From contig OZ024743.1 in NCBI GenBank assembly GCA_964016885.1, positions 102,300,001-102,364,000 of the forward strand: a DNA stretch of 64,000 nucleotides, in the 5' to 3' direction. Below the pieces are notes generated by a model. That model saw only the letters and a program-made list of their open reading frames with translations, made no database searches and was not told the origin of the DNA. Shown here piece by piece: positions 13,486 through 26,699 of this stretch. Position numbers and translations under genes: made by a program. This DNA comes from Eledone cirrhosa (taxonomy: Eukaryota). Each line of letters begins with the position of its first letter. Within the stretch, counting starts at the first letter, position 1.

Positions 13486-13522
13486 ATACATACATATACA
13501 TACATATATGTATATATATATA

Positions 13523-13554
<32 letters not shown>

Positions 13555-13801
13555 CATACATATATGTATATATATATATATATATACATACATACATATA
13601 TGTATATATATATACACATACATACATACAGGTATATATATATACATACATATATACATACATATATACATATATCTATATATATATACATACATATATA
13701 CATACATATATACATATATGTATATATATATACATATATATATACATACATATATACATATATGTATATATATATATATATATACATACATTCATATATA
13801 C

Positions 13802-13836
<35 letters not shown>

Positions 13837-13837
13837 A

Positions 13838-13968
<131 letters not shown>

Positions 13969-13974
13969 AAAATG

Positions 13975-14242
13975 GCGCAGACATACAATACAACAGGAGG
14001 AACATAATAGTACCACTGATGATGTTGCAGATGTGCAACAAAGGAACTTTGTTTGACTATATATATGTGTTTATATCTGTAGTTTTGACCGTTGGTCAGT
14101 CAATGATAAACATTGAGGACCAAATAAGTTAACTGTGGAGATATAAAAGATACAGAAGCGAAAACCGACCAAATAGTGAGTGTGTTCTGTTATTATTTCT
14201 GGCAATATTATTACAACAATATGACCCTCTCCAAGTATAACA
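13975..14242. mobile_element. Partial copy of the TIR-bounded ~310-bp element at 52591-52901
   Basis: Shared ATAATAGTACCACTGAT, CAATGATAAACATTGA, ACAGAAGCGAAAACC and terminal AATATGACCCTC.CCAA.TATAACA. Confidence 0.75.
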
Positions 14243-14336
<94 letters not shown>

Positions 14337-14407
14337 AATAACAACATAATCGGTACAGTATATAGAAAGAATATATTAGGTTAACGCTTGATATAGCAGG
14401 AAGAGTG

Positions 14408-14443
14408 CCTTGATATTTCGGACCCTAGTCATTCATCAGAAGA
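14408..14443 (-). ncRNA. Minimal type I hammerhead-like motif, probably the 3' end of a decayed PLE (~14340-15200)
   Basis: UCUU CUGAUGA AU GAC-uagg-GUC C GAAA UA UC AAGG: intact core boxes, short stems. Confidence 0.55.
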
Positions 14444-16212
14444 AAGAATGAGAAATCATATAGATTGAGGGTCGGGCGGGTTGGAATTGGGGAAAATGTC
14501 TTTAGATAAAAATAACAGGTCCATGCATGTTGACATCTCTTGCAAAACTGTTGGTGCCGCCGTTTTGTGTTTGATTTATTTTTTAGAAACGTGGATGATG
14601 GAGCGCGTCTACCTGAAATGGAAAAAAATATCGTTTTGTAAAAAGAGCTATACTTCAGCACGTGCGTAAGCATGTGTGTGTATGTGAGTGTGTGTGTTAT
14701 ATACGTGTGTGTGTGTGTGTGTGTGTGTTATATACGTGTGTATATATGAGTGCATGTTAGCTTAAATTTGCTTGTGTTTGTGTTAAACTAAATTGTGATT
14801 AGTGCAAATTTAAGCAGGGGATTGTAAATAGCATTATGCGTAGATGGTTTTCTGATGATGACTAATGGAGTTATTAATGAGCAGGACTAATATAGTCAGT
14901 GCCGTCTAATTCACGCTTGTTTGCTTGTTAACTTCTACTACATGAAATTTTTCCTATTGTCCTACCCTCTTTCTGTCAGCTGTGTGGTCCTGCAACTATG
15001 TGAACGAACACATGCTGCCAACAGTTTCATTTTGAGTATAGCAGGTTTAATGTAATTATAAAGGTGTTTTCTCTCATGCAAGCAGCTACCTTGGGATTTG
15101 TTTATGTTAGGTCGTATTTATTGAATTTGATTTGCAGTTAGGTTACGCTTCAAATAACTTGAAAATCGATAAAGCATAAACTATTTCAGAAATTTAATTT
15201 TTCATTGTCAAAGAAACCGAGAGAGCATTGCTATAGTTGTCTTTCTTTATTTATCATTATTACTATTATATATTTATTTATTTATTTATTTTATTTTATT
15301 TATTTATTATTTTTTTATTTTTTTGTGGGGGATGGGATGGGGGTATTTTTTCTATATTGCAATTCCCCATATTGCCGTCTTCTGTACGCTAACTGGATAT
15401 CTGTTTGGCATAACAATGAATACATTTTAGCTTTTACAAATGACTGTATGTCTGAATGGAATTTTGTAATATTCATGTGTCTGGGAAGGGGCGTGGCTTA
15501 ATTGTTATCTTGATCATCGTAAGATCCTGATTTCAGTTCCTGGGGGTAGCTTGTGTCCTCTAGCAAAGTAATGTATTTCGCATTGCTCCTGTTCGTAGAA
15601 CGTCCAAAGATCAGTTTTGCTTGTGATTGAAAGTGCCAGAGACTGCAAGTTTTTTTTACCTTTTCCTCAAAATCAATATTTCAGTCACGAGCAAACGAAA
15701 TATCATTGATATACTCTCATTTTTATAAAAATAATAATCTTTATTTATCATTCTGGTATAATTAACTAGAATTATATCGGAGTAACTATTTGACCAATTA
15801 GAACCTTTTCTTTCATTGATCGTAACTAATGTTTACATACGTTCTTCGATCAGTTGAAGTAACTGGAATATTTGAGCTGTGCATTAAATATACTATGGTA
15901 TTTACTCTTGTCCATCACATTTCTTAGTTGACACCGAACTGGAAGTGGCCGTTCACGATCGATGAAATAAGTATCAATACTAATTTGAGTCTATCGACCA
16001 AATAACTGTCAATGTTTCCTTTTCATGGCAAAAGGAAATACTGTTTTGAAAGATAAATATTGTATTTAATTTATCGATTAGCATGGAATAAAAGACAACA
16101 TAAATAAATCTAGGTAATGGTCAACTGAAATATTTCTCGTCTCTAATAAAACACCGTAAGTCATTTCTTCTTCCATCTTGAACACAGAAGTGTGGATAAA
16201 TAAAGATTCCTT

Positions 16213-17283
16213 ATTGAAGCACAAGGCCAGCAATGTTGTGGGAAGTGAGATTCGATTATATTAAACTCAGTCCATGACTTGTACTTTATTTTATAGACCG
16301 CAGAAGAATGATAGACAACGTTGACCTCGGCGGAATTTGAACTTAGAACATAAAGAGCCGTAGACAAATGGCATAAAGTATTTTGTTAGACGCCGTAGAG
16401 ATTCTATCAATCCAACACCCTAGTGAGAATAAATAATGGTTTTTGACTTAGGTACAGGGCCAAACATTTTATGGCAGGGGAAAGGCGATTAAATCGACCC
16501 CGGTGCATTACTAGTACTTTATTTAATCGACGTCATAAGGATGAAAGGCAACGCTAACGTCGGTGTGATTTGAAATCAGAAGCTAAAGGACCGTAAATCT
16601 ACGCCGCAAAGCATATTTTCCGAGGCTCTACCGATACTGCCAATCCACTGCACTAGTGGGATAACAAATGGTTTCTGATTCAGGCACAAGACCAAAACGT
16701 TTTAAGGGGGAGCGGAAAGTTGAATAAATCGACTTCAGTGCATTACTGGTGCTTTATTTTATTGACCCCATAAGGATGAAAATCAAAGCTAACCTCAGCG
16801 GTATCTAAACGTAAAGGGCTGTAACTCTATGCTGCAAAATATGGTGTCCGACGCTCTAGTGGTTCTGCCAATCCACCGCCCTTAAATAATTATTTCTACT
16901 TTTGGCACAAGGCCAGCAATTATCTCATTGTATTACTGGTACTTTATTTTATCGACCCCGTAAGGATGAAAGGTAAAGCTTACCGCGGCGGGATTTGAAG
17001 TCAGACCATAAAGGGCCGTAACTATTTGCTGCAAAGCATAGCGTCCGACCCTCTACCGATACTGCCAATCCACCGACCTATAATAATAAATAAATAAATA
17101 ATTGTTTCTACTATTGGCACAAGGCCAGCAATTACCCATTACATTACTTGTACTTTATTTGATCGACCCCGTAAGGATGAAAGGCAAAGTTAAACTCGGC
17201 GGGATTTGAACTCAAAATGGCAAGGGCCGTAAATCTATGCGTCAAAGCAAGGCGTCCGACCCTCTACCGATACTGCCAATTAA
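16213..17283 (-). mobile_element. Head-to-tail array of five SINE copies
   Basis: Units at ~16213, 16440, 16672, 16890, 17100, each running from (GG)CACAAGGCC-like to GCCAAT(CCAC)-like sequence, separated by short AAT-rich linkers. Confidence 0.9.
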
Positions 17284-20200
17284 ATAATGATGATTATTTC
17301 GGCGTCTATAGTTGATGTTTTAATTTAGCCAAATACCCGTGTCTTGTCAAATTAACAAAACTCTTTCTCAAACAAGTAATATTCCCTTGGATTTCACGTG
17401 TTGACAGCCATTATAGAAAAATCATACAATTTGCTTTTAACAGAAGAGAATAACCAATTCTAATTTAGACAATTTGATTGAAATTGCTGAATTTCAAATT
17501 TTCATCCTGTAGATGTTTATATATATTTGTATATATTTTATTTAAAATTATAAAAGAAATAAGTGATAGATACACTGGTATATTATTCACATAGTACGTT
17601 TATAAACATTAAATAATGTTACACATCACCCAAGCTGGCGATTTTCCAAAACCATTTTTACACACTGTTAAACAAATTTAATACATATGTTCCGAAAGTA
17701 ATTAAAACACATTGCGTTTCTAGAACTAAGAGAAATATTTTGAGGTAAAACAAGTCGACTGATGCATGAATATGATACAAAAAAATCATATTTGAACGCT
17801 TAACATTGACTACTAAGTATATAATGTTCGGTCTATTCCTAATCTACTAGAACCGACGAGAAATGACTGTGAAATGTTTAAAATACAAATTGTCCTATCA
17901 GTCCTTTATTATCCTATTATTTTATTGGTTACAATCATTAGACAGCAGCCATCTTGCAGCAGCACCATCTTCGAATATTTTGGTCAATTATATTGATACC
18001 AATAGTTTGTCTGGTATATAATATATCGACATTGTAAGAAGAAATTGTAAATTCCACGTAGGTTTAAAGAGGCGTGACCAGAACCTAAACAAATATGAAC
18101 AAATAGCATGGTGTATTTTTATTCCTTGACGAACCAATTCTGCTATTTACCGGTGACACACATACAAACACACGGCATTATACACACGCAAGCATACACA
18201 TTCACGCACACACCCTCACTTACATATGGAGTGAAGCTGTACAGTCATTAACTCAAACATTTTTTATCGCGTGTTATTTCGATACGTTCATTAGAAAGCA
18301 CGCTTTCTCCTGAACATAACATTTCATTATTCAATGAGGAAGACTATTTCCGTAATTGAAGAGTACAAGTTCAAGTTAATATCTTTGTTAAAGGGCGTGC
18401 AATCGTTCCAGAAACGAAAAGTGCATGGCTTGTCGAACTTCTGATCGACCGGATAATCTAAATAACTGTTGTCTGCCAACAGAATTCTCTGTCTCATTTT
18501 AAATGCCAATTCAAATTGATACACCAACTGAGGTTTCTCGACGCCCGTGTAGCAGATAAAAAAGTATTTAAACTTTCAGCATTCATATTCAGGCATAGCA
18601 GACAATATGCTGAATAATCTATTAGGAACAGCTCCAATTCCCTTCAGTCAATATGGAATTTCAATAATGTAGTCACTTCTATGAACAGAGAAGTGAAACC
18701 CCACCCTAATGAGGGAAATGATAACGTAGTCTTCTTCAATCGTACCAACTCTGTTCAGTTTATATAACTACTATACCTAAAGCGCTTTCCTTTTTAATTT
18801 CACGCATGAAGTGTACAACTAAAACCTTCACAGCCAATATTAATTGTAGAAATACAATATTGGGACATTTCATACTGAACACCCAAAAACATCCTAACAT
18901 ATATTACATAGTTATTCCCACGTTCTGTTACATATCATACTGTGTACAACTTCACTTATCGCAGGTAAATGATTTCAATGATCTCAATGTTTATCAACAA
19001 TGAAGGCTGGTATATTTTCAAAGATGATGAAGTATGAGAAACGAGAGATAGGCAGCGGGGAGCATTCGTATGGGTATTTAGTAGTCATCTAAGTTAAAAT
19101 TCCATTGAATTTAACTTTGTTGTTCATTCTGATATACGTATGTGGGGATCCCTGTCTCGCGATGGAGGCGTCAAGGCGCCTTCTTGACACATGATATCTA
19201 GCGTAGGAGGAATTCTGCGTGATTGGAAAAGAGTCACAGTACAGAACTTGTTCTTTTTCTCAAATAGATAAAGCGCAAAGTTACTCTCATAGGGATTTGA
19301 AGACAGAGAGTAGAGAGCTGGATCGAAATAATATGCATACTCTGATGATATTAATCAGCTCAACAATTTCAATTCAAATTTACACCTGTTAAAATGCATG
19401 GATATCATATGTAATTCTTCTTTTATCTAATAATGTAGAAATTTCTTGTGTGTATTGAAATTAATACCCTCAATAACAGGCGAAATCTCCACAAAGTTTA
19501 TAAAAGAATTCTTTTATTACTGGCTCAAGCCATTCCCGCTCATCTAGGCCACTAATATCATTGGCAAAATCGCCAACATCGCAATATTCTTGCTTCTTCT
19601 AAGACGTAGGGTCATACTGACTAGTAAAAGCAAGCTAATATTATGATTGACAGTAATTCATTATTTAATAGCTATATAAAGTTATTTATTTAGCTACTTA
19701 TTTTGAATAGTGATTCCCTAATTATATCCAATTGCAACTTGTTTCTTTAATTAACTATATATTAATCAATATTTATTCGTGGAGTTCATTTTTCCTTCAT
19801 AACATTCCTCTTTTAATCGTTACCAAATAGCATTAATCATTAATTAATATAGGAACAGCTCGTATATCTAAAGACGAAGAACAGCATTTCATTTTTAAAT
19901 GGTCTAAAACTAAAGTTTGAGAATTTAAGTTTAACGAGAAATAAATGTTTTAGATCATTCCACCTCAAAGATAAGATATTCCAACATACAACAAATTATA
20001 TGAAGAAATAGCGACGTTGTTATGTTTTATGAAGAAATCAATAAACAAGAAGATAATTATTTTTATCATAATTAAAATTCCAAGATATTTTTGGTTTTGT
20101 GTCGTCTTTATATGATTTCTCCTTGAGCATTCGTTGAATAAAATGAAAAGAATAATTAGCTGATAGGATAATTAATATAAAACACAAACAAGATTGAGAA

Positions 20201-21422
20201 ATAGCTAAATAATACTTGAGACGCAGAATAGCTTCCAGTGACAGGTATCTAATTCTATATGTGATTTGCTTTCTGTGCTGATGTCAATAATTTTAAAAGC
20301 AAAGTAAACATAGAACACCATGGATACTGAAAAATGAAGATTTCTTAAATTATTATTTTTTTCATATAATTTTACTCGCGTGGTTTGTTTTCTCAGCAAT
20401 ATGGCGCTAGTAGTTTTTACCATCTATTTTAGTAGTTTATTTTCATATTGGATTAAAAACCTTAAAACTAGGTAATTTTCTATTTTCGGTGAACAAATCG
20501 CATAGAAACAAAAATTGTTAAGGAAAATTACTTTTAATACTTCTACATGAAAATTAAAAATATATATAACTAGATTTAACTGAAGACTAATTAAGCTCTA
20601 CTATGTTATATAACGAATATAGCGTTAGCTTCAACAGGAAAATGGAAAGCTAACAGTTATTTCACAGTGGATTCATATGAGTAGTAAACGAAGAAAATAT
20701 AATGTATTTAATCATGCATTTCGGGTACAGGCTTAGATAAATATATAGATTATTGAAGAAGGGTGTAGAGAGAGGAAACATGTCTGAATTAACATATATT
20801 ATATCATGAACATAAGAAATTCAAAACTTAGAAATATTTCTTATATGTGGCAATTGAAATTGAATACAGCGGAACTCTTTATAGAGCTATTTTTAATAAC
20901 AAATGTTTAAAATTAATGTTGTCATCCGAAGCATACCACCGCCAATACATGAATAACTTACATACATCCAGCAACTTGTACATATATAAATACATTATAA
21001 TGGCTTAGAATATCGATAATACATGTACTATGATATAATACATTTTTAATGAAATATAAAATAGCAAGGAGTCTGGTCGATTTGATGCTCATCCCATGTT
21101 GCCGAAAAGAGTGATTGGACTACATTTCACTGCGAAACTAAACACATATAAATCTGACGCTGTATATTCATACGCACAAGGATATATTTATACCTACATT
21201 GTTACTCCGTTTATATATTACTAAACGAAACGAAGAGAAGAGAAAAGTTGTTGTTAATTCAATTGTCATGGACTCCTAATCTCTATATCTATTTTTCAAA
21301 TTCGCAATGCTGGGATGTTATTTCTTAGATACATGTCTCATAAGTTGAGTTTATTTGGTGAATAAAATAAACAACACTCCAATTATACGACCCTATAGAT
21401 ACATATAAATAAAGAGAGCTGT

Positions 21423-21464
21423 AGCTGCTGATGAAATTCCTATATGAGTTTGAAACTTGTCAGT
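21423..21464 (+). ncRNA. Degenerate hammerhead-like motif in an old PLE remnant
   Basis: AGCUG CUGAUGA AAUUC-cuauau-GAGUU U GAAA CUUG UC AGUU. Confidence 0.5.
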
Positions 21465-23419
21465 TTGACTAGTTTGTTATCCATGGAGATTCTGTATATA
21501 AAGCCAGTTTTTACATCTCTCTATAATATATGCTATTGGTTAAAGTCTACAGATATATTCTCTCGTGCAATATATCATAAATAAAACATTGTTAATGTAA
21601 CTGCAATTTACAATTGTGATATGTTTTATGGATTTAGTAATCAAATTTATGAAGAATGATTTTTAGTTTATTAACGAGTTTTCTGTCTACTACGTATTTC
21701 TCTTTTCTTAGCTTGTCTATGCCTATCTACCTTTACACAATAGGGACTATCTACTATCTACTCTGTACATTTCTGAAGTTTGTTGATCTGATTTCATGCA
21801 GAAATGTATTACTGAATTGGCAAACGCATCACTAACATATTGAGCAACCTTAGTCTGATTCGTGATTGAATTTGGAGTTGTTCCAACAAAGAATTTTTAA
21901 AAGTTTATATTATAAGCTTGTGCGAATAAGGCAGTAGTTCTATCAGGGATGCACATATCTGTTTCACAATAGCCACTATATAATTATTAGTTTCCTTAGA
22001 TGCTATATCTTTTTAATATAGTTTGTGGTATTTATTCATTCATTTACAATTGCATGGCTAACGGTGCGTGTTGGTAATTTTGTTCGTTTTTGGTTATTTA
22101 AACTTTCGAATTCGATTATATCAAAACTAGCCTTCTTGTTGCTTAGTACTGTTTCATAATGTATCATGTTCAACATCTGCAAACTAATGTTTGCAGGAAC
22201 AATTTATTGGTCTGTATTTTTATTTGAAATATTATTCACATATTCATAAAGTCACGCACACATCATACGTTTCATAAATTTGCGCTTACAAACAACACCA
22301 AACTTATACCCGCTTCCATTACTCCATGCATTAATACATACAATTGTAAACGTGTAAACAACATAAAAGAATAATATATACATACATACACAGGAACACT
22401 AAAATATGTGAGTAGAACAATATATTTCAGTTGGCATGATAAATTAGTGTGGATGTGACATATACCCTAGATATGATAGGAACATTTCATTAGTTTTGCT
22501 CAGGGATACAACAAACAACAAATTTAAATATATATTGATATATATTATATATTTACACACACACACACACATACACACACACACACATAAACACACACAC
22601 AGACACACACACACACACACACACACACGCGCGCGCACATATACCCCCCCCCCCCACACACACACACGCGCGCGCACACATACCCCCCCCCCCCCCCACA
22701 TATATATATATATATACTATGCGTTTATCTGTGCTGCAGCGATTAGACATAACAAAAATATAAACAGAAACAACACCCACAAAAACATGAGTGTATTTTT
22801 AGGAATAGACAAATACATACACATATATGCAAACCATATGCTCACACATATATACAGTATTTGTCTGTGTGTGAGCGTTTATGTGTGAGCACATATGTGT
22901 ATGCTCGTGTGTGTATTTCCGTTTCTATGCATCTGTTTCTTTAATATTTATTTCTATTTCTCTTTTTCTTTTCCAGGTAAGTTCTAAATTAACGTCACAT
23001 TGTCGAATATGAAAAGAAGTTAATCTCAGTTTCCAAGAGGAGGTAAATAAAATGCAGCATTCTTAAAAATATCTTGAAAACACTGTTCGAATATTTTGAT
23101 ATACATATAATAGTAATATATATTTAGTTTCCACATTATATAAAAAGAAATAGATGAACTAAATACGTTGTAAGATAAAATATAAGTTAATACGACTTTT
23201 CTTCCAGGTGTGATTTCAAATAAAAAGAACTAATTACGTGGTGTTTAATGTACTTGTTTAACAGTTAGAAGAATGTGAATGTTAGAGCAAATCAATATAG
23301 AATTAAGATTGACGAGCTGGAAGGATCTATAACGTGCTTTTTTAAAGTCTTTTCTTTTTTACGTTTTACTTCCAAATTACATCTCAGTAGGTTCCACTGG
23401 TATTTACTGGTTTACTGGA

Positions 23420-23915
23420 ACATTAATAACCAGGAATAAACTGGGATATATTCTAGCAACTACTGTGATAATTGCCCTGTATATTATGACAACATAGATG
23501 TTCAACTCAATCATCGAGTCCATTCTACTCTATAATGTGTCATTGTCATTAACAAAACCCTCTGAAAGAAGATCAATGGCACATATAAGTGAATGCTGAG
23601 AAAGATCCAGAACATCTGCAAAGCATATGTAACAAAGAAAACGCTCTATAATTAACATTCTCGCCTTTCTGACATCATAAAATGACAGAGCTTTATATTA
23701 GATGAACATGTGACACATCACAATAAACTTGCTCGCAGATTTCTCTAGAAAACAGATGTATGGAGACGGGATGGGACACTAAATGCTACAGAGAAATATG
23801 CCCTCCATTATTACACCGGGTTCGAGGCAAGGGAACTTTACATAGCAATGCTGGACAGAATGACCTGGAGGATGATTGTCATAGCGCTGGTAACGGCTGT
23901 AAGATAGATATATTG
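23420..23915 (+). mobile_element. Highly decayed RTE LINE 3' end
   Basis: Remnants of the RMLR, LSDII and AMLDRMTWR motifs typical of the RTE C-terminus, with multiple stops. Confidence 0.45.
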
Positions 23916-26301
23916 ATTGATATTTGAATTAATAACTACAAGATAACAAGAACTTTCTCAAGTTTATAAGTTTCATATAAAATGGAACTATATCACCTTA
24001 TGTGAAATCACTTCTGTTAGATAGATTCCAGACATTGGAGAGATGTATTGAAAAACATAGATATAATACAGTGCTAGTTAGAAAATATATAATATCGAGG
24101 CGCCTATTGGTTGATCGGTATCCTATCAACACCATACATTATTGTTTCCCGAATATATACCTTTCTATACAAAGATTTTCTTCAGTTATATCAATTCTTG
24201 TTGAATGAAAATCTTCAAAACTAGGTCGATAAATGCTAACCCCGTAAATATGACATACACGAATTTATAAGAAAAATACATAGGAGCAATGCTATGAAAC
24301 CGTTATATAAGTATCTAACAAGTAAAACAAATAGATAAGCAGAATATAATTTATCTTCTTAATGTTATTAACGAATTTCTTTGTAATTATTTTATCGAGA
24401 TAATTTGTGTAGTACAGCAAGTAGGTAGCCATACTGTTCATTACAGTTTTATGGAACACACTAGTAACTTAATTGTAAATAACATTAATATATCATAAGA
24501 AGCATACTCCATCTATGCTAAATTATATCCACGTCCAAAACTATCTACTTGGAAATTCTGATTATTAAGCAATATATTGTTTGAGAGGGAAATGAATTTT
24601 AATAATGGAAGATGCATCATAATATTAACGAATAATGTAGTGTATGCAGTTCAAAATAAAGGCATATCCGAATCCATATATAAGGATTTTGTAAAATATA
24701 CATACATTTAATCTAGCTGTGGGTATCGTAAGCTGTATCTATACCACAACTACGTGAACAGCGGCGAATGTATTTCACTGTCATTTCAGTTCGTCAACAC
24801 TCGCTTACTTATGTCCAGATTCCGGGGACAATGACTAGAAGACATCTCAAACTATTCTAATTGAAGGTATTTTGACATATAGTATTTTGACATATAGTAC
24901 ACAACAGAGTGACTAGTATTAATTAGCTATATCTTTAATGCATCATGATCCAAAATAAAACTTTTTATGATGTATATTAACCCATGTATGTTTTGTTTAC
25001 ATAGAATAAACACATTTATTCTCGCCTTATTTGAGTGAGTTTTCTAATACTATTCAAATAAAGGAACACAGATTTCAAATTGTTTATCAGTCAGCGGTAA
25101 TGATTTGATTATTTTTATCTCTTACCACACATGAGTGTATGATTAGAAAAATACATTCTTAGAATCTTAAATAAGGACCCATTGGATGATATTGGATTGC
25201 CGTCAGTTCCGAAGACGAGTATTTCACTCATTTGTTCTCAGGTAGATTCAGCATGCATAGCGTGTGTGAAAGATGTTCTCTTGAACTACATGTTCAACGC
25301 ATCTTTGCTGAATGGATTGGAGTAACGTGTAATAAATAACTTGCTGAAGGACACAAGAGCACCACCGAGAATATAACTCTTGACCTTACTAACGACAACA
25401 CCTTGGATATTACCGAGCTCACTGTTGCTAGAAAAGCCGAGATGACCATGGCTTAATGAATTTGAAAATGACTCTGTTCGAAGAGTTCTTGGCTTGTGCT
25501 AAACTGTAGCAACATCAAAAACAATAACAGTGGCAACGACAACAGGTATAATGTACTAGCCTGGTCAGTAATAAGAATACTAAATGTCCAGTTTGGTCCA
25601 CCATCTTGTCGATTAATCTCGGAGCATCACCGTGTGTAGAAGGATCCTTAGATAAAGAGTTTAGACGGCAAACACATCTGCACACCGAACCTAGTCAGTG
25701 GGCGCATTGTATATGAATAGACTGCTCGATCGGAACTCGAATCTCAACACAACACACCCTGACAATAGTATAGATCTTAGCTTTCCTATATACCATTCCC
25801 ATATACCTTTTCTTAAAAAGAATAATACATGTGTATAAATGTCAGAAGAACAAACCTGTAAAGAAAGGCTCATACAATTCAAAATTAAATGTTATATAGG
25901 GGAAAAAATATTGTTCGTTGCAGCAACGTTTCAATACTAATGTACCAAACATATAACAGAGAAAATAATTTTATTCATAGCTTATAGTTCAACAGTAAAT
26001 GTACTGTGCTATCACTTTGTAATTAAGAAAGAATCAATGAGCACAAAATTTAGGAGTAATTATTTCCATTTCCAATAAGATATAGAATCGCTGCGAATTG
26101 CTTAATGATGTACATTCTTCAATCAAATCAACAGTTTTCCTCTTCGTCTCCCCACTCTCAGAACTTCAAAGGGGAAAAAGAAGAACGAAAGGAAAAAAAG
26201 AAAAAGAAAACAAACCGAATACATTTAATGGTTACAAATATATTAAAGAAAAGAAATCAGCGCGCATTAGTTAATCATACGAAGAAATTATTCTTATATC
26301 C

Positions 26302-26439
<138 letters not shown>

Positions 26440-26699
26440 GTTGCGACGGTGAACAGAAAACAAAAAAACGTGGAAGCGAAGAGGCAGTACAACAGTTATT
26501 ATTAGTGGATTGGCAGTATCGGTAGAGGGTCGGACGCCATACTTTGACACATAGAGTTACGGCCCTTGCCATTCTGAGTTCAAATCCCGCCGAGGTTAAC
26601 TTTGCCTTTCATCCTTACGGGGTCGATAACATAAAGTACCAGTAATACACTGAGTAGGTGCTGGCCTTGTGCCAAAAGTAGAATCAATTAATAGTTTCA

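Noticed and set aside
18240-18790. Possible host exon (66-aa minus-strand ORF)
   Set aside because: No recognisable domain or clear splice sites; faint D(W)KGI..EL..YC remnants suggest a decayed mariner, too weak to call
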